64,000 nt of DNA, from contig NC_135885.1 in NCBI RefSeq assembly GCF_964194155.1, positions 21,514,001-21,578,000 of the forward strand, read 5' to 3'. Positions within the stretch are counted from its first letter, which is position 1, and each line of letters begins with the position of its first letter. Source of the stretch: Cetorhinus maximus. Taxonomy: Eukaryota. The position numbers were made by a program, and so were the translations under genes. Shown one piece after another: positions 49,176-62,589 of this stretch. A model generated the notes under the pieces. That model ran no database searches and was not told the DNA's origin. It saw only the letters and a program-made list of their open reading frames with translations.

Positions 49176-51948
49176 TTGATCAACTTGTAAAAAGGCATGT
49201 AAATGACAAATTAATTTTGACATAGGGAAGTGTGTCGTGGTGTATTTTGATTGGGAGGATAGGAAGCCACAGGCTCCTTAGAAAATATAGTCTAAATGGG
49301 GTAGCGGAGCATTGGGATCTAGGGGTTTGCAACATTAAAAGACACAATGCAAGTTAAGGCCATAAATAATGCAAACAAAGCACTGGGGTTAATTTTTGGA
49401 GGAAGAATATCGAAAAGTAGGGAAGTTATGTTAACCTTGTGTAGATCCTTGGTTAGACCACACTTGGAACACTGTTGACAATTCTAGACTCCATAACCAG
49501 CCCTATTTATTTTCCCAGCCCTCTGAGAAGTAGGCTGCTCTCCTTAATTGGACGCCGGTCCTGGTGGCAGGCTCTTGATCAGCTGCCGCCACCGGTAAAA
49601 TCGTCCCCAAGGTCCTGCGCTGCTCGGTGACAGGAATGGAAGCAGGAGCCGTGTCCCCTTCGTCATTTTTAAACCCTGCCCTGCACACTGTGGCCCTGCA
49701 GCAGGATGGGAAAATCCAACCCCACGTTCACTGCCACATGTGACCGACTAGCCCCTACGAACTGCATCTCACCACTGGTCTGCGTCGGCTCGCCGACGAC
49801 ATGTGAGCAGTTTTGCCTGGAGCTAATTGGCGTCTGGCTACAGAACCAAAAACACCCATCACCTGAGCTCCGACACCAAATCTCAATGCTGTTCTCCTTC
49901 GCCACGTCACGGCATCGTGCCCAGAAGACTTTCAAACATGCAATTCCATTCGGGAAGTTTCCTCTTTAGCTAAGGGACCTGTGCTAATATTGTTTGGCTC
50001 CTGCACATCCAACTTCATTAAAGCTGCCAGGACTCACTGTATTTCGGGCTTCGGGCTCCTGGAAGTTTGACATTTAACTTGTGCTTCAGCCGCTCACTTT
50101 AATAACACTTAACGTTAGCGCAATATCAGCAAGAACTCGGTGGCACTGATCTTGTTCTTTTTTTTCCCTCAGCACTGCAGCCATCCAGTCTGTACCTTCA
50201 TTTTAGCGACTTTAGACTTGGCTAACTGTGTCTCATTTTCCCACCGGTCCATTCCACTCTGAATCAGATTGTTTGCTTCGTTCTGTTTTGGAAGCATTTT
50301 CCTCACCATATGGTTGGCATTCCTGTAGATTCCATTTTACCCAATAACTGAGTTATCAGAATTGTTCAAATGTTGCACATAAGGACATGACATAATCACA
50401 TTAACCAGAATCAGTGACGTACAGAGGGATTTCAAAACCCTGTTGTCTTTTTTCATGCCTCTTCTAGTGTCTATTTCACAGTCTGTCCCAAATGACCTTT
50501 TTATCTCATCTCGCACTTAATCACCTTTCTTCCAGTTCGAAGGACTCTCTCCATGTCCATTAAACCCATTAGCTGCTTTTCTGCGGTGACAGTAAGAATT
50601 TCTGACTCTTGGCATTCACCTCTGGCTCTCCGCTGGGTTTTATTTCGCTGCTTCCCATAATAGAGCTCTCTCGCCCTTTTCCAAAATGTTACTCAAATGT
50701 TAATCCAGCAAAAAGCAACGGGGGTAAAAAAAAAAGGATTGCGGTTGCTGGAAACCTGAAACAATAAAGTGAAAATGGTGAAAATGCTCAGCGGATCAGC
50801 CAGGGAACGCATGTTAATGTTTGAGGTGTCAGACAGGGTTATTTTAGTAAACTAGGTTTTAAGCACTTGCTGTTTAACTTGCCAGTCTCACACTCGTGTA
50901 CAGACAGGTGGGGGGGAGGGAGGGAGGGGGTAGCCATCTTGAAAATGTTTCTCATGGTGACTTCACAGCTGAATTTTCCCCTATACTGAAAAGGAGATTG
51001 GGGTCCTGAAGTTGGATAGCTCCATTTGTGGCATTTTTTCATAACCCCTTTTATCTACCAGGATGATAAAAGCCTCTTCCTTCGTTGACCGAGAAATGTA
51101 TTAGTTGCGTTGTTGTAAGAGCCACTCATTCAACTTGTACACCAAGTGCCCAACCAGCCAAGTATTTTAACACCCTGGTATGCAAGCTATTTCCTCGAGT
51201 TAGCAAACTTTAGAAAGCTCCATGTAGGTGTGACTCGTGAAGTCAGTTTTTTACAGCAGTTCAGTTGCGACTGTGAGACTCCAGAGTCTTGTGGCCTTGC
51301 CTAATATAAATCTTAATGGCAAGTGCTCCTCTAGGGAAGGGAAGTCGGTGCTTCTGGTAGAGATCTGATCACTGTGAACCCTTTGATTGCTGGGAAGTAG
51401 TCTGTACAATGTTGTGACGACACCCTCAGGATTTTGAAAGAAACTCCTGAGGATTTGCAATGTGACACAGGCAGCAATTAGACCAGTAGGCATGTTTTTT
51501 TTTTAATTCAATATTGTTGCTTTAGAAATTTACAAGTTAATGAGGTATGAGAATAATAAGCTTAAGAATCCTGTGAGAATCTCTGTGAGAAAAGAAATAA
51601 TGGTTGTGCACTGGCCCCAGCCTGCTCATTCGCTGTGTAAGAGTTTGTTTGGGGTCCTGTATGCGTTAGGCCTCCTCATTAATCAACTTTGCTTGTCCCT
51701 CTGAGAAATCAATATCAATCTTGTGTTGAGCAAATAGATTGTAAAACTCCCCAATCTAGTGTCTTGCAATCTTGATTGATAGCATTTTAAGAGTGTCCTC
51801 CACATATCTCCGCACTATCATTCCTCCTTTGAATATCACACGTTGGCGACAAACGTTTGAAGCACATTTAAAATGATTAAAAGCACTATTCCATTGTTGC
51901 TGCTGCCGCCCACAAGAAGATCTACAGCTATTGAACACCCCTGTCTTT

Positions 51949-54900
51949 GGATGGATTTTTCCGTGCCCACTGGCATCGGGCGTGTTCAGTGGCATGAGTG
52001 GACAATTTAGTGAGAAGGCCAAAAATTGGTTTCATAACATCGTAAAACCAGTTTGCGGCGATCGTCCGCTCAGCCTCTCGATGGTGGGCCATATTCCCCA
52101 CCCTCGGACATCGGGAACCTTGTTGTAATACATCAACGTATCGTTATAAAGCCAGCCCACCAGACTCATCCCTCCCCGCACCACCCCACCCCCGGCCTTG
52201 CTGGACCTTCTGCCCTCGTCGGCAGGAAAACACACTGGTGCAGAACACATCTCGACAAGTGTGATGTGCAGAAGTCGGGACTTACTGCCAGGGCCTCGCT
52301 CACGTTACGGACATCCGAGGAGCAGAAGATGCAGGAGTCTGACAGCAACAGTACACTGGAGGAACGTCCACGGCATGCTGAGTGGATTCTCATGGACATG
52401 GCTTTGCTGCGAAGCAGCTCACTGAAGTTGGAAAGTCACCGTTGATGCTCACAACAGATGATGGTCGAGAGGGTGTGAAAGGAAGGCCTAGGATTGACTG
52501 GGAGAGGAAGATGTGTCGGTGGGGGGAGGGAGAATGTAGGTGTCGGGGGTGAGGTTTGGGGGGAATGAAGGTGTTGGAGGGAGATAAGGTTGGGAGCGGG
52601 GGAGGGAGTACAGGGGGAGGGGGATAACTGGGAAGAAGATGGCAACAGGGGATGTAGGTGTAAGGAGGGTGGAAGGTGTAAGGGAAAGAGTTTAGAGGGG
52701 GGTGAAGGAGTGCAGCGAGGGGAGGGAGTAAGGGTGGGAGGAGGAGTCTGGAGTGGGGAAGGGCTAAGGAGCGGGACGGTGGGGGGGAGTACGGGGGGGT
52801 GGTGGGAGAGCTAAGGAGGAGGGAAGGGATTCCAGGGGGCAAGGGATCCAGGGGGAGGGTGGAGGAGTTTTGGAGGGGGGATATGTCCAGGTGAATGTGC
52901 TAGGGAGGGGTCTGATTGGTTCATGACTGCCTCCTGGGAAGTGAACTGAGTGTGGGTGTGGTATGAGGGAATGGTGAGAATGATCAAGGGCAGAGTGAGG
53001 TGGAAGTGTGAGGGTTCAATGGTAGCGGTAGAAGGGACGGCGAGGGTGGTTGGTGGGGATTTGGAGGCAGACACGGACCCTGGGGTGGGAAGGAGGAGGT
53101 CGGGAGGTTAAGTGGGATTTTCGGGATGGAAGGGAATTTGCGTGTTCACCAGCAGATCCCCGAAAGAAAAGGATTGTGGCTGCTGGATTGCAGAGGGGAG
53201 GTGGAAGATGATTCCGGGGGGGGGTTAACTGTCAGGGCGGGGGAAAGATATGGGTGACTGGGGGAGCGGAAAGGACGGGAGACGGAAAAGTAAAACTGAA
53301 TTAGCACCACACTGTCCAAATTGAAAGTGAAATGAGAGTCATGGTGGGCAAGATCAGTTGTTGTATGGAAGTGCAATCAGTGGGTGGGCAGAGATGCAGA
53401 TCAGCTCAGATGGACAACTGAAAGTGAACCCCAGCAGGCGGCATTGAAAATGCTCAGGACATTGAGTTGAGTATGATACAGGAAGGATCTGCGTGTGTGT
53501 GAGAGTGCTTGCACGAGGCTCCGAAAGGCCCTGCCACACACACACACTTCTCCCTCCAGAATCACTCATTGGCCAGCTGCTCCCTCTGCAGTGACAGAGG
53601 ATGAGGTTGAGGGGCTCACAGGCAAAGGGGACTTCAGAGGGAGTGGACAGCCTCTGAGATTCCTGAGTGGATGACCCAGGGGTGTCCAACTGCTGCTGCT
53701 CCTCCCTTCGGGTGCCTGAGGGCCCCGGCCTGACTCCTTGAGGGGAAGGAGCACCAGGAGTGACATTGAGGTGCCCCGTTTCCCCCTCGCATTGCCACTG
53801 CAGGAACTCACCCATGGCTGCCACAATGGAGTGCAGGTCTGCACAGATCTCCACTTTCTGCTGGACCAGGGTCTCCATGGCATCCACCATCCTCCCCATG
53901 ATACCTCCATACGCGCACATGTGGGCACCACTTCATCAGAGAGCAGGCGGATGTACTCTTCTGACATGTGAGCCACTCTATTGAAGGCTTCCAACAGCTC
54001 TGCGTGATGTTCCCTCGCCTTCTGCAGACTCTCCAGGATGAGTTGGAAGGCCTAACCCAGAGGTTTGTCATCTGAGTCTGATCTCACAGATGCCTCTTCC
54101 CCAGCAGTCCTGCGAGTGCCGGGGAGTTCAGCTGAACTTGCCTTCTGCTGCAGGTGTCTGTCTCTGCACTGGTGGGGGGTGTGGGTAAGCGCCGTGACAG
54201 GTCTTCCAGGCTGCTTATTTCCAGCTCTTCAATGGAGGAGGTGTCCTCTTGGCTGGAGGTGAGGACGTGGATGGAGCCGAACAGCTGGCTAGCTGAGGGT
54301 GTCAGTCGCTTGGCAGAGGCCCCTGTGAACCAAAGTAGAGATAATTAGAGCATGGCAACAGAGTCAATAGCAGGAGAGAGAGACCACTCACAGTTGCATT
54401 GATGGGGTGCAGGATCCTCATGTGGGTGTTTACCGCCGACATCACTGTCGCTGCAGGCAGAGTGCACATCCTCACCAGTCAGCACGATGGCATGCTCCTC
54501 AAAGTGGCCCACTCCACCCCTGGTCTGGGACCTCTCCCTGCTGATGTGAGCAGGCTTCTCCTGCATTGAAACAGCTGGAGTGTGTGAGAGCAGGACACAT
54601 GGCACTGCGTGGAGTGTGAGAGTTGAGAGTGATGAGAAGAGTGAATTACCCTGGCAGAACGGATGAGACCATTCATCCTTTAGTACTGGGTGGCTGTCCT
54701 CTTTTGCAGGGCATTGACGCTGACCAATACTGCCACCACCTCCTATGTTGGATTGGTGATGCCACTGCCCCTCCTCCGGCCAGAACTGGGGTAGTGGACA
54801 TCATGGCGAGCCTCCACAGCATCCAAACAGCGCTCGAGGGACACGTCGCTAAACCTGGGAGCTGCAGTCTTTTTGCCTTTCGGGGCCATGTCTTTCATGC

Positions 54901-55165
54901 AGCAGTCATGGGCTGGAAACAGAGAGGTGAGCACGCGGCTAGACTTCAAATGTGGCACCCGGCTTGATGAAGCGATGAGGTAATGGCGTGGCGGGCGAAT
55001 GAGAGACCCCCTGCCATGGAAACGGCATGGTTGGTGGGAATGCATAAGTAATGCGGTGGGTTTGGGATGATAGGGCGTGAGAAGCCGCCATTGCGGCCAG
55101 TATGTAAAGCGTCGTTTTACCCGTCCGCTACTGCACTCTAGCGCAAATCTGGGACAATTCTGCCT
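51949..55165. mobile_element. Harbinger transposon remnant carrying the Myb/SANT-like gene; no clear transposase
   Basis: Harbinger-like ends ggatggatttttcc and gggacaattctgcct with TTT on both flanks. The left boundary is uncertain. Confidence 0.55.
53566..54889 (-). pseudogene. Harbinger Myb/SANT-like (NAIF1/MSANTD-type) gene, three exons, with premature stops
   Basis: Encodes MAPKGKKTAAPRFSDVSLERCLDAVEARHDV...RTATQ..RMNGLIRSAR | EKPAHISRERSQTRGG. GT-AG introns at 54649-54561 and 54391-54323. Confidence 0.78.
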
Positions 55166-55224
55166 TTTGTTTCAAATTTGCAGTCTACAACCAAACAGCA
55201 TTGGGCCCATTGGTGGCCCGTAGA

Positions 55225-56040
55225 AGTATAGAACCTTATAGCATAGGAGGTGGCCATTTAGCTCATCAAGCGCTGTCCAATTTAGTCCCGTTTCCCTAGC
55301 TTTATCCTCATAACCTTACAAATTAGTCCTCTTCAAGTTCATGTCCAATTGCCTTTTATGTAGCACATCCGATTTCAGGCAGCGGTCTAGTTCTTAACAA
55401 TCCTCGTGTGGGGCATGGGTGGGTGTGGATGTGCGTATGTGGGTGTGGGGTGTGCGTATGTGGGTGTGGGGTGTGCGTATGTGGGTGTGGGGTGTGCGTA
55501 TGTGGGTGTGGGGTGTGCGTATGTGGGTGTGGGGTGTGCGTATGTGGGTGTGGGGTGTGCGTATGTGGGTGTGTGCGTATGTGGGTGTGGGGTGTGCGTA
55601 TGTGGGTGTGGGGTGTGCGGATGTGGGTGTGGGGTGTACGTATGTGGGTGTGGGGTGTGCGTATGGGGGTGTGCGTATGGGTGTGGGTTGTGCGTGTGTG
55701 GGTGTGGGTGTGCGTATGTGGGTGTGGGGTGTGCGTATGTGGGTGTAGGTTGTGCGTGTGTGGGGTGTGCGTATGTGGGTGTGGGGTGTGCGTATGTGGG
55801 TGTGGATGTGGGTGTGGGGTGTGCGTATGTGGGTGGGTGGGAATCACCCTCTTGTTCCTCTGGTAATTATTTTGAATTGACGACCTCTGATTACCGCCCC
55901 ACTTGTGGAGAAACAGCTTCTCCCTATTGGCTCTGTTCAAAAGAAAAAAGCCTCGCCATTTTGATCATCTCCTCCAGGTCCCCCCTTCATCTTCTCTCTG
56001 CACTAAAGAGAATAATCCCAGCTTCTCCAGTCTCATCCAG
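55225..56040 (-). mobile_element. CR1 3' end interrupted by a G-rich minisatellite
   Basis: CR1 3' UTR at 55225-55405 resumes at 55840 (cccctcttgttcctctgg...). Confidence 0.65.
55415..55840. repeat. G-rich 21-bp minisatellite (ATGTGGGTGTGGGGTGTGCGT)n
   Basis: Directly visible, about 20 units that decay toward the right. Confidence 0.95.
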
Positions 56041-57629
56041 TGGAAGGAGGTCCGCATTTTGCAGTTGGCGACTGCGCTGAGCACCGGGGAGGAGTTGGAT
56101 GAGTGGAACTTGCCTGTTTAATATCAATAACGTACCATTTGTGTCAGGAATATCTGACACCAGCTATTGATGATATATTACCCAATTGAAACAGTATTGT
56201 GCAATGTTTAGTACCAAACATGTTAAAGCCTTTGTTTGAAATCTGTCAAGGCATTTGCTCTTCTGGATCTGAACATGAAAATATTAAGGCTTTTAAATAG
56301 TAAATGGCTTTCATTTGCAGTGCAATGAATAGAGTATAGGATATGAGCGCAATAATGGAAGGGGAGGTGTGCAGTCATTTGATTCAATCGCACTTGTCAC
56401 CTTAATTCAGAGCACCTCGATTGGGTTTCTGCTTGATATCCTCTGTGTCTATTCTGATTTTTTTTTTTATTTTGTGGCTAACCCATTCTTTGCATACAAT
56501 ATTTATTTTGGGCATTATATTTGACTGTGTCTGGTGCGTCAGTTTTAAGTCGTCTTGAGGTGGAGGAGAAAGGAGAGCGCCAGCCTTAAATTGGTAGGTA
56601 GGATAGGGTTGAGTATCAAGTGCGGTTGCGCTGGAGCAGGTTGGTTGATGGATCTGGCAACGTCTTTGTGGTTAACCACAGAATTATAGCCTCATTAGGT
56701 TTGATTACAAACTGCCTATGATCTAATCATGCTGTGGTTTTAGTGTGCCTGCCACTAGCCATGTTGTATATGATATTCGTTCGAAGGTCCTGCACTCAAA
56801 GCCCAAACTCTTTCAGATTTCCTGGGTGAAATTTAATGTGTTTGATCGGGCAGGTGGGTGCGGGCAGGGACCCTGCCATCTTCCTGCTTCCACCTGATTG
56901 AGTATGGGGGCGGAAGCCTTACGGACAGGGTTCCGGCCTGGACGCTAATTGAGTTAATGCCCCCTTCAGGACTTTATCCTTCCACAACGTTGGTATTCAA
57001 CCAGTGGCAGGCAGGGGAGTCGCCATATGGGAAGCCCAAAGAGCAAACCCTGTTGAGTTTGCTTGCGGACTTACATGGGGGAATCCCTCGCTGTCCGACG
57101 TTCGGTTCTTGACCTAGGGACGTGGCAACGTGAAGGGTGCGGGGGTGGGTGGCCTGCTGAAAGCCATCTCCTGCCCTTGCCTCAGACAATCCTCCCCCTC
57201 CGTCTCCCGGGGCTCCCACCTGGCGATCCCCATCCTACCCAGCGCCCTCAATCTAGGAGAAGGCCCAATACTGGCCTTTTACGTGCCCGATGGGCATTTA
57301 ATATGGCGGGCCTTCACCAACAGGAGTGGTGCAGGATTCCCACCGGTTCTCCAACCGGCTGGCGTCTCGCCTTGTCTCTCCTGTCACCAACATTAAGTTC
57401 ATCCCATGCTTCTGATTTCATGAATTGCAGATTCCCAGTGGCTGATTTGCGCCACTCTGCCATTAGCTTCACAACATAATCTTTTACTTCACTTTCTTGT
57501 GATTTCCACGGACGGATTTGCATTAACTTAACACAAAGTAAACTCTAATAATTAACAGTCTAGGTATCCTTTTAACGACGTGACGTGTTAGTTACTGCTA
57601 GTCAACCTCTCTTGATCCAAAGCTTCATC

Positions 57630-57840
57630 AAAACTAGGCTGCCCGTGTCCTAACTCGCAGCAAGACTTGTTTAGCCATCCTCCTTTTAACTGCTCTTTAA
57701 AACCTACCTCTGAGCAAGTGTTTGGTCGCTTGCCCTAATGTCTCCTCCTTTGGTCGGGTGACAGTCTTCACCTAATTAGGCTCCTGTGAAGTGCCTTGGG
57801 ATGTTTTGCGATGTGAGAGGCGCTATATAAATGCAAGCTG
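57630..57840 (+). mobile_element. L2-type LINE 3' end (internally deleted)
   Basis: gctgcccgtgtcctaactcgc...aaaacctacctct...ggcgctatataaatgcaag. Confidence 0.65.
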
Positions 57841-58769
57841 CGGTTAAGCCTCAGAAGTTCTCCACCGTCTTGTTTGCCGGTTAAAGTGCGCGCTGACACA
57901 GCATAAAATTTATCATCAAAGTCGTACGGTAAAGATGTATCTGTAACATCAGAACAAAAAGCTGTATAAGCAACATTAAAACCAAATTTTAAAAAAGAAA
58001 GATGTATTGGCAACACTTAAAGCTGAAAAATAACCTCCTAATTGGACATAATCCAAGTCGCTGCACTCGCCTCCTGAAAGGCTGATGGATTTTTTTCATG
58101 TTGGTGCCGACAGTTCTCCCAGCCGCACATTAAATAATAAAAAACATTTGTGATTTGAAAAATGGGAAGAAGCTCCAGTGCTGCAGGAGATGCCAAATGT
58201 GGCGATTCTCCCTTCAGCTCGAACCAGCGAGTGAAACATTGGCACCGCTGCGTTAATTACAGCTGATTGCGTGTGAACCCATAGTTCATGGGACCTGGCG
58301 GGGAGCCCCTCATCTCGCTTGCGCGTTTGGAGTTGCACACCCCGTCGCTCGATGAGATCCATATGTCCTCAGCTGGGGTTGCTGGTAGGAGGTGCTGCCC
58401 TCGGGGCAACGGGAGGATAAAGCGACTTAAGGTGACCGGCCGCACTCCGCTAAAGGTGTGCTTCTCGTAGAACAATTGTGCGTCGAGGGCGTCGAAAGCT
58501 GTTTGAGCCCCAGGCTGCGATGACGCTCAGGCTGGAGGCAAATGCTGGATAACTGTATTAGATTGGGGGCTGCGGAAGCTCACCGAGGAGAGCGTTAACT
58601 TGTTCAGTTTGTGTGGCTTTGTCACGCGGGAACGACTCCGTCCAACAGTCACTTCACTACGACCTGCCTGAGCATCCAGTTATTTTTCTAACGTTTTCTC
58701 GGCAACTGTGCAGAATTTTCCTCACCAATTTAATTGGCTTTTTTTTTTCCTCTTTTTCCAACTTTTAAG

Positions 58770-58873
58770 AGAACAGCACCAGCAAGCGCACAAGGAAAAT
58801 CCGGAACAAAACGCAGAATTACCTAAACCAGTACGCCACAGATGGACTCCGGACACTCTGTATAGCCAAGAGG
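58770..58873 (+). CDS. ATP10A: ATP10A-like exon ([35 protein letters not shown]); absent from the ORF track
   Basis: Long polypyrimidine tract with taAG acceptor and GTgcgt donor. Its 104 bp restore phase after the 556-bp exon. Contains the GLRTL motif. Confidence 0.92.
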
Positions 58874-60827
58874 GTGCGTATTAGCTTAGAAGTTATGATT
58901 TATTCTGTGGTGGGTTAATATTGTTGTGCTTATAGCTCTCACTTGGTGTTTGTGTTTTTACACTTTCACCTTCCTTCCTTTAACCCGTATTTACAACCTT
59001 CCGCTGCTTTCAGTAAATTTAACTTAATTGAACCATGTTGAGGTCTGTTAAATCAAGCGGTAGGTGAGTGAAAATGTAAGGTGTGAGATGAGAATGGAGC
59101 AGCTCCCCATCGCAAGCCTTGTATGGTCTCCCCTACCATAGAGTCGACTCATCTATTTAAATGGCTGAGGAAGGCCTCACATAAGAACTGCCTGATATCT
59201 AGATATGCGTGAATAAAACTCCAAGATATGTATCCATCTCCTTCTCCATTCAACCCTGGCCTGCTATCCTACAAGAAAACGCTTACCGATCCATTGACCC
59301 ATAGCAAAGGAACTTTTGAGTTCTGTGAAGTATTTTATAGTACAGGGTTCCTTCCAACAGAGATCCTGCTGACCCCAGCGACCCTGTGGTATGAATAATT
59401 TGACGCTGTCGCTTTGAAGGCAGCAGATTCCTCCTGGAATAGGCTTTCCATTGGCCGTCTTCAACGTAAACTGCTGCCGCCAGCTGATTGGTAAACCCTG
59501 TTCGCTAACAGTCAGGTCCACCATTTTGGGGTGCATCCCGGGGTGTGTTGAACCGACCGCCCGCACTCTGAGCAGCCAAGCTGTTAATCAATATAATTTT
59601 ACCCCACCCCACCCCGCACCCCAGTCTAAAATTGACAAATGCACAGTTAGCAACATAGGATAAATCACACGTGCCTTTTGCCATTGTTGTTAAATTGTTC
59701 CATCGTGTAAACAGGATGGATTTGACTTAGCAGAAGCTAATGTAACTCCAGTCATGTAAAAGGACCACCAGGCGATGCTTCACTCTATTATCACCAGCCC
59801 CATACAGCTCCTCCCTAAAGTCAGTTCAAGCCATCGCTACTTTTGCAGAGAATCTATTATACGTAGGCTGTACTCCCGATTTATTTCTATTCTTCCTTAA
59901 AGCTTGTTCATTTTGCTCCTGTAACCTCTAGCCCCCTAGCCCAGTGACCAATCGGTTGTGGCAGAGGAAGTAGGCAGCTCAGCTTGTGAGTAGAAATCTG
60001 TAAGTTTATTGGGCAGGGAGTAATTTGGTAACCAGTTGGCAAGAAAGAACATTTCTAGTAAAGTGACTTTAAGAGATATTTTGTTTTTATGTTTGGTTTT
60101 TTTTTTTCAATAGCAAACCAGAGAAGAAACTGTAGAGATTAAACTTCAAAACTGCCATAATCCAAGGGAAAAGAAAAGCATGATTGGGAGACATACAATT
60201 AAGAAAGGGGATAAAGATAAGGAACAAAATAACAGTTTAAATTAGTTCTGTTTTTTTTTTAAAGTGGATAAGGAATATTCTTTTTTTCCATTCAGTTGGT
60301 ACCTTTCTCGTTTCCCTCTGTAACCTGCTCTAGAAAGCTGTCCAATTGCTAAAATCACCCTAGAAGAAAGAGTTTTTCAAAGATATTTTGTTTGGAAACC
60401 TGGCTCAAGAATGGCTCAGGTTCCAGAGCATTTCTGTAATGGAAAATTCCTTTTGCATGTAGTTTTGTACTGCTGTCCAGAATCAGTCTTTGGAGAATGA
60501 ATGGGTTGCTTTGCTTCCCAAGATACTGATTCATAAGGGAATGTCCCTAAAAAGCCAACCCTGGAACTTCCAACCAAGCAGTACCTTCACCACACAGACT
60601 GCAGTGGTTCAAGAAGACTGCCTATCGTCACCTTCTCGAGGGGAGCTAAGAATAGACACTGAATGCTGGCCTTGCTAATGAAGCTCATATCCTGAGAAGT
60701 TGTCTTTAAAAATTGCATACGTAAACTGGCATATTGACGGCATGGAAATCATCTATAAATGCCGATGTGTATCTGTCTAGCTGTTAGATATTAGCTAGAT
60801 TAAAAAAAAAACAAATCTAGAGAACAG

Positions 60828-61422
60828 GGGAAGAATTTTCCCATCGACGAGTGGGGGCGGGGCCGACGTGTAAAGTAACACTGTGACGTCGGGCGGGGGT
60901 CCCAATGCCACCACCACGCATCATTTAAACTGTCAGCCACATCAGCTACGCGCCCACCGAACTGTCAAAGGCCTATTAAGGCCATTAACAAAGTAATTTA
61001 AATTGTTAAGAATGTTGCCCGTCCAACCTTAAGGTTGGCTTCGAGCAGGCGAAGAGCCCAGGCGGCCTTCGCATTTTTCATGAAACCTCATCCACGGGTG
61101 GAAAAAGTTAATGGACATGTCCCAGCTCAAGTGACAGTTTCACACGAGGGGACATGTCCTTAAATTTTTTTTTTGCACCTTTATTAAATATTCCAGAACT
61201 TAAACTGATCTCCCTGAGGCACCTCCGTGAGAGAACACCGGCCCCGACACAGGGAATCCCTCCCCACCCACCCGCACAGGGAGCTCCTGGGTGTGCGTCA
61301 TGCTGGGTGGGCCTTAATTGGCCCGCCCATGTAAAATGGCGGCGCGTACCCAATCGGGACGCGGATCGGGTTCGTGCCCGCCCCCGCATAACTCCGCCCC
61401 CAAAGGGGGGGATATTTTCCCC
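60828..61422. mobile_element. PIF/Harbinger-type MITE
   Basis: GGGAAGAATTTTC start. Collinear with 44244-44936. CAG/GAG flanks. Confidence 0.8.
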
Positions 61423-61599
61423 GAGGTATAAATACGAACAGGAATAATGGAAGAGGAAATGAATGAAACTAAGATTGTGCCAGACAATTTGTGAGGGGAG
61501 AGAAACGGAATGGGAGTTGGGGATAAGTTTTATAAAGAATATCGAACGTGCAATGAGAATGACTTGAAGCAGAACCTTTTCTTGCAAGATAAGGCATTA

Positions 61600-62117
61600 A
61601 TTTTGCGTTGGAGGCGATTCAGTGGAGATTTACTAGATTGATACCTGGAATGAGCGGGTTGTCTCATGAGGAAAGGTTGGACAGACTGGGCCTGTTTCCA
61701 CTGGAGTTTAGAAGAGTGAGGGGTGACTTGATTGAAGCATATAAGATCCTGAATGGTCTCCACAAGGTGGACGTGGAAAGGATGTTTCCTCTCGTGGGCG
61801 AGTCCAGAACCAGGGGGCACTGTTTTAAAATTAGGGGTTGCCCTTTTAGGACAGAGATGAGGAGAATTTTTTTTCTCTGAGGATTGTGCGACTTTGGAAC
61901 TCTCTGCCTCAGAAGACGGTAGAGGTGGGGGTCATTGAGTATTTTTAAGGCGGAGATGGATAGATTCTTGTTAGGCAAGGGAATCAAAGATTATCAGGGG
62001 TAGTTGGAAATGTGGAATTCGAAGCACCAGCAGATCAGCCATGATCTTATTGAATGGTGGAGCAGACTTGAGGGGCTGAATAGCCTACTCCTGCTCCACT
62101 TTCTCATGTCCTTATGT
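61600..62117 (+). mobile_element. CR1 3' end
   Basis: Encodes RFTRLIPGMSGLSHEERLDRLGLFPLEFRRVRGDLIEAYKIL. Confidence 0.88.
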
Positions 62118-62589
62118 AATTTTGGGGCCTTTAGAGTTTGAAGTAGTTTGGATTTCTATTACTCATTTGTTTATTGGGTCTTGTCTGTCTGTACATGCGT
62201 GCCTTTTGCACACGAGAAAGAGGGAATACAGTTTCAGCAGCAAAGACCATCTCATTCTCAGTGCCTAATTCCCCTGCTAACAGCTGGTGCCTATACCACA
62301 GGGACTGCAGCAGTTCAAGAAGGCAGCTCATCACCTACTTCTCGAGGGCAATTAGGGATGGGCAATGAATACTGGCCTTGATCCCTCGTCCATGGATGCT
62401 CACATCCCATTAAAATAAAATTCTGAGCTTGTGCCACAGCTTCTCGAGTTTTACTCCAGAGTAAACACCAAAACGATTCCATGAGTGTTTAGAAGTTGGA
62501 TATAATCCTAGGGGTCATACTGCCATTCAATGAAGTTGTTAACTACTGCACTACTCGTGTAGCTTTTTTGAACTCTTAAAACGTAAAAT

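Noticed and set aside
52250-52460. HARBI1-like transposase remnant (KVTV-like peptide)
   Set aside because: The similarity is too short, with no DDE motifs visible. It needs an HMM search.
52390-53074. Proline-rich extensin-like ORFs
   Set aside because: Low-complexity purine-rich DNA with no domain or splice support.
55356-56080. His/Pro/Thr-rich or Cys/Gly/Val-rich proteins
   Set aside because: These are translations of the G-rich minisatellite.
58772-58777. Alternative acceptors for the last exon
   Set aside because: Exon starts at 58772 or 58777 break the reading frame. Only 58770 keeps GLRTL in frame.
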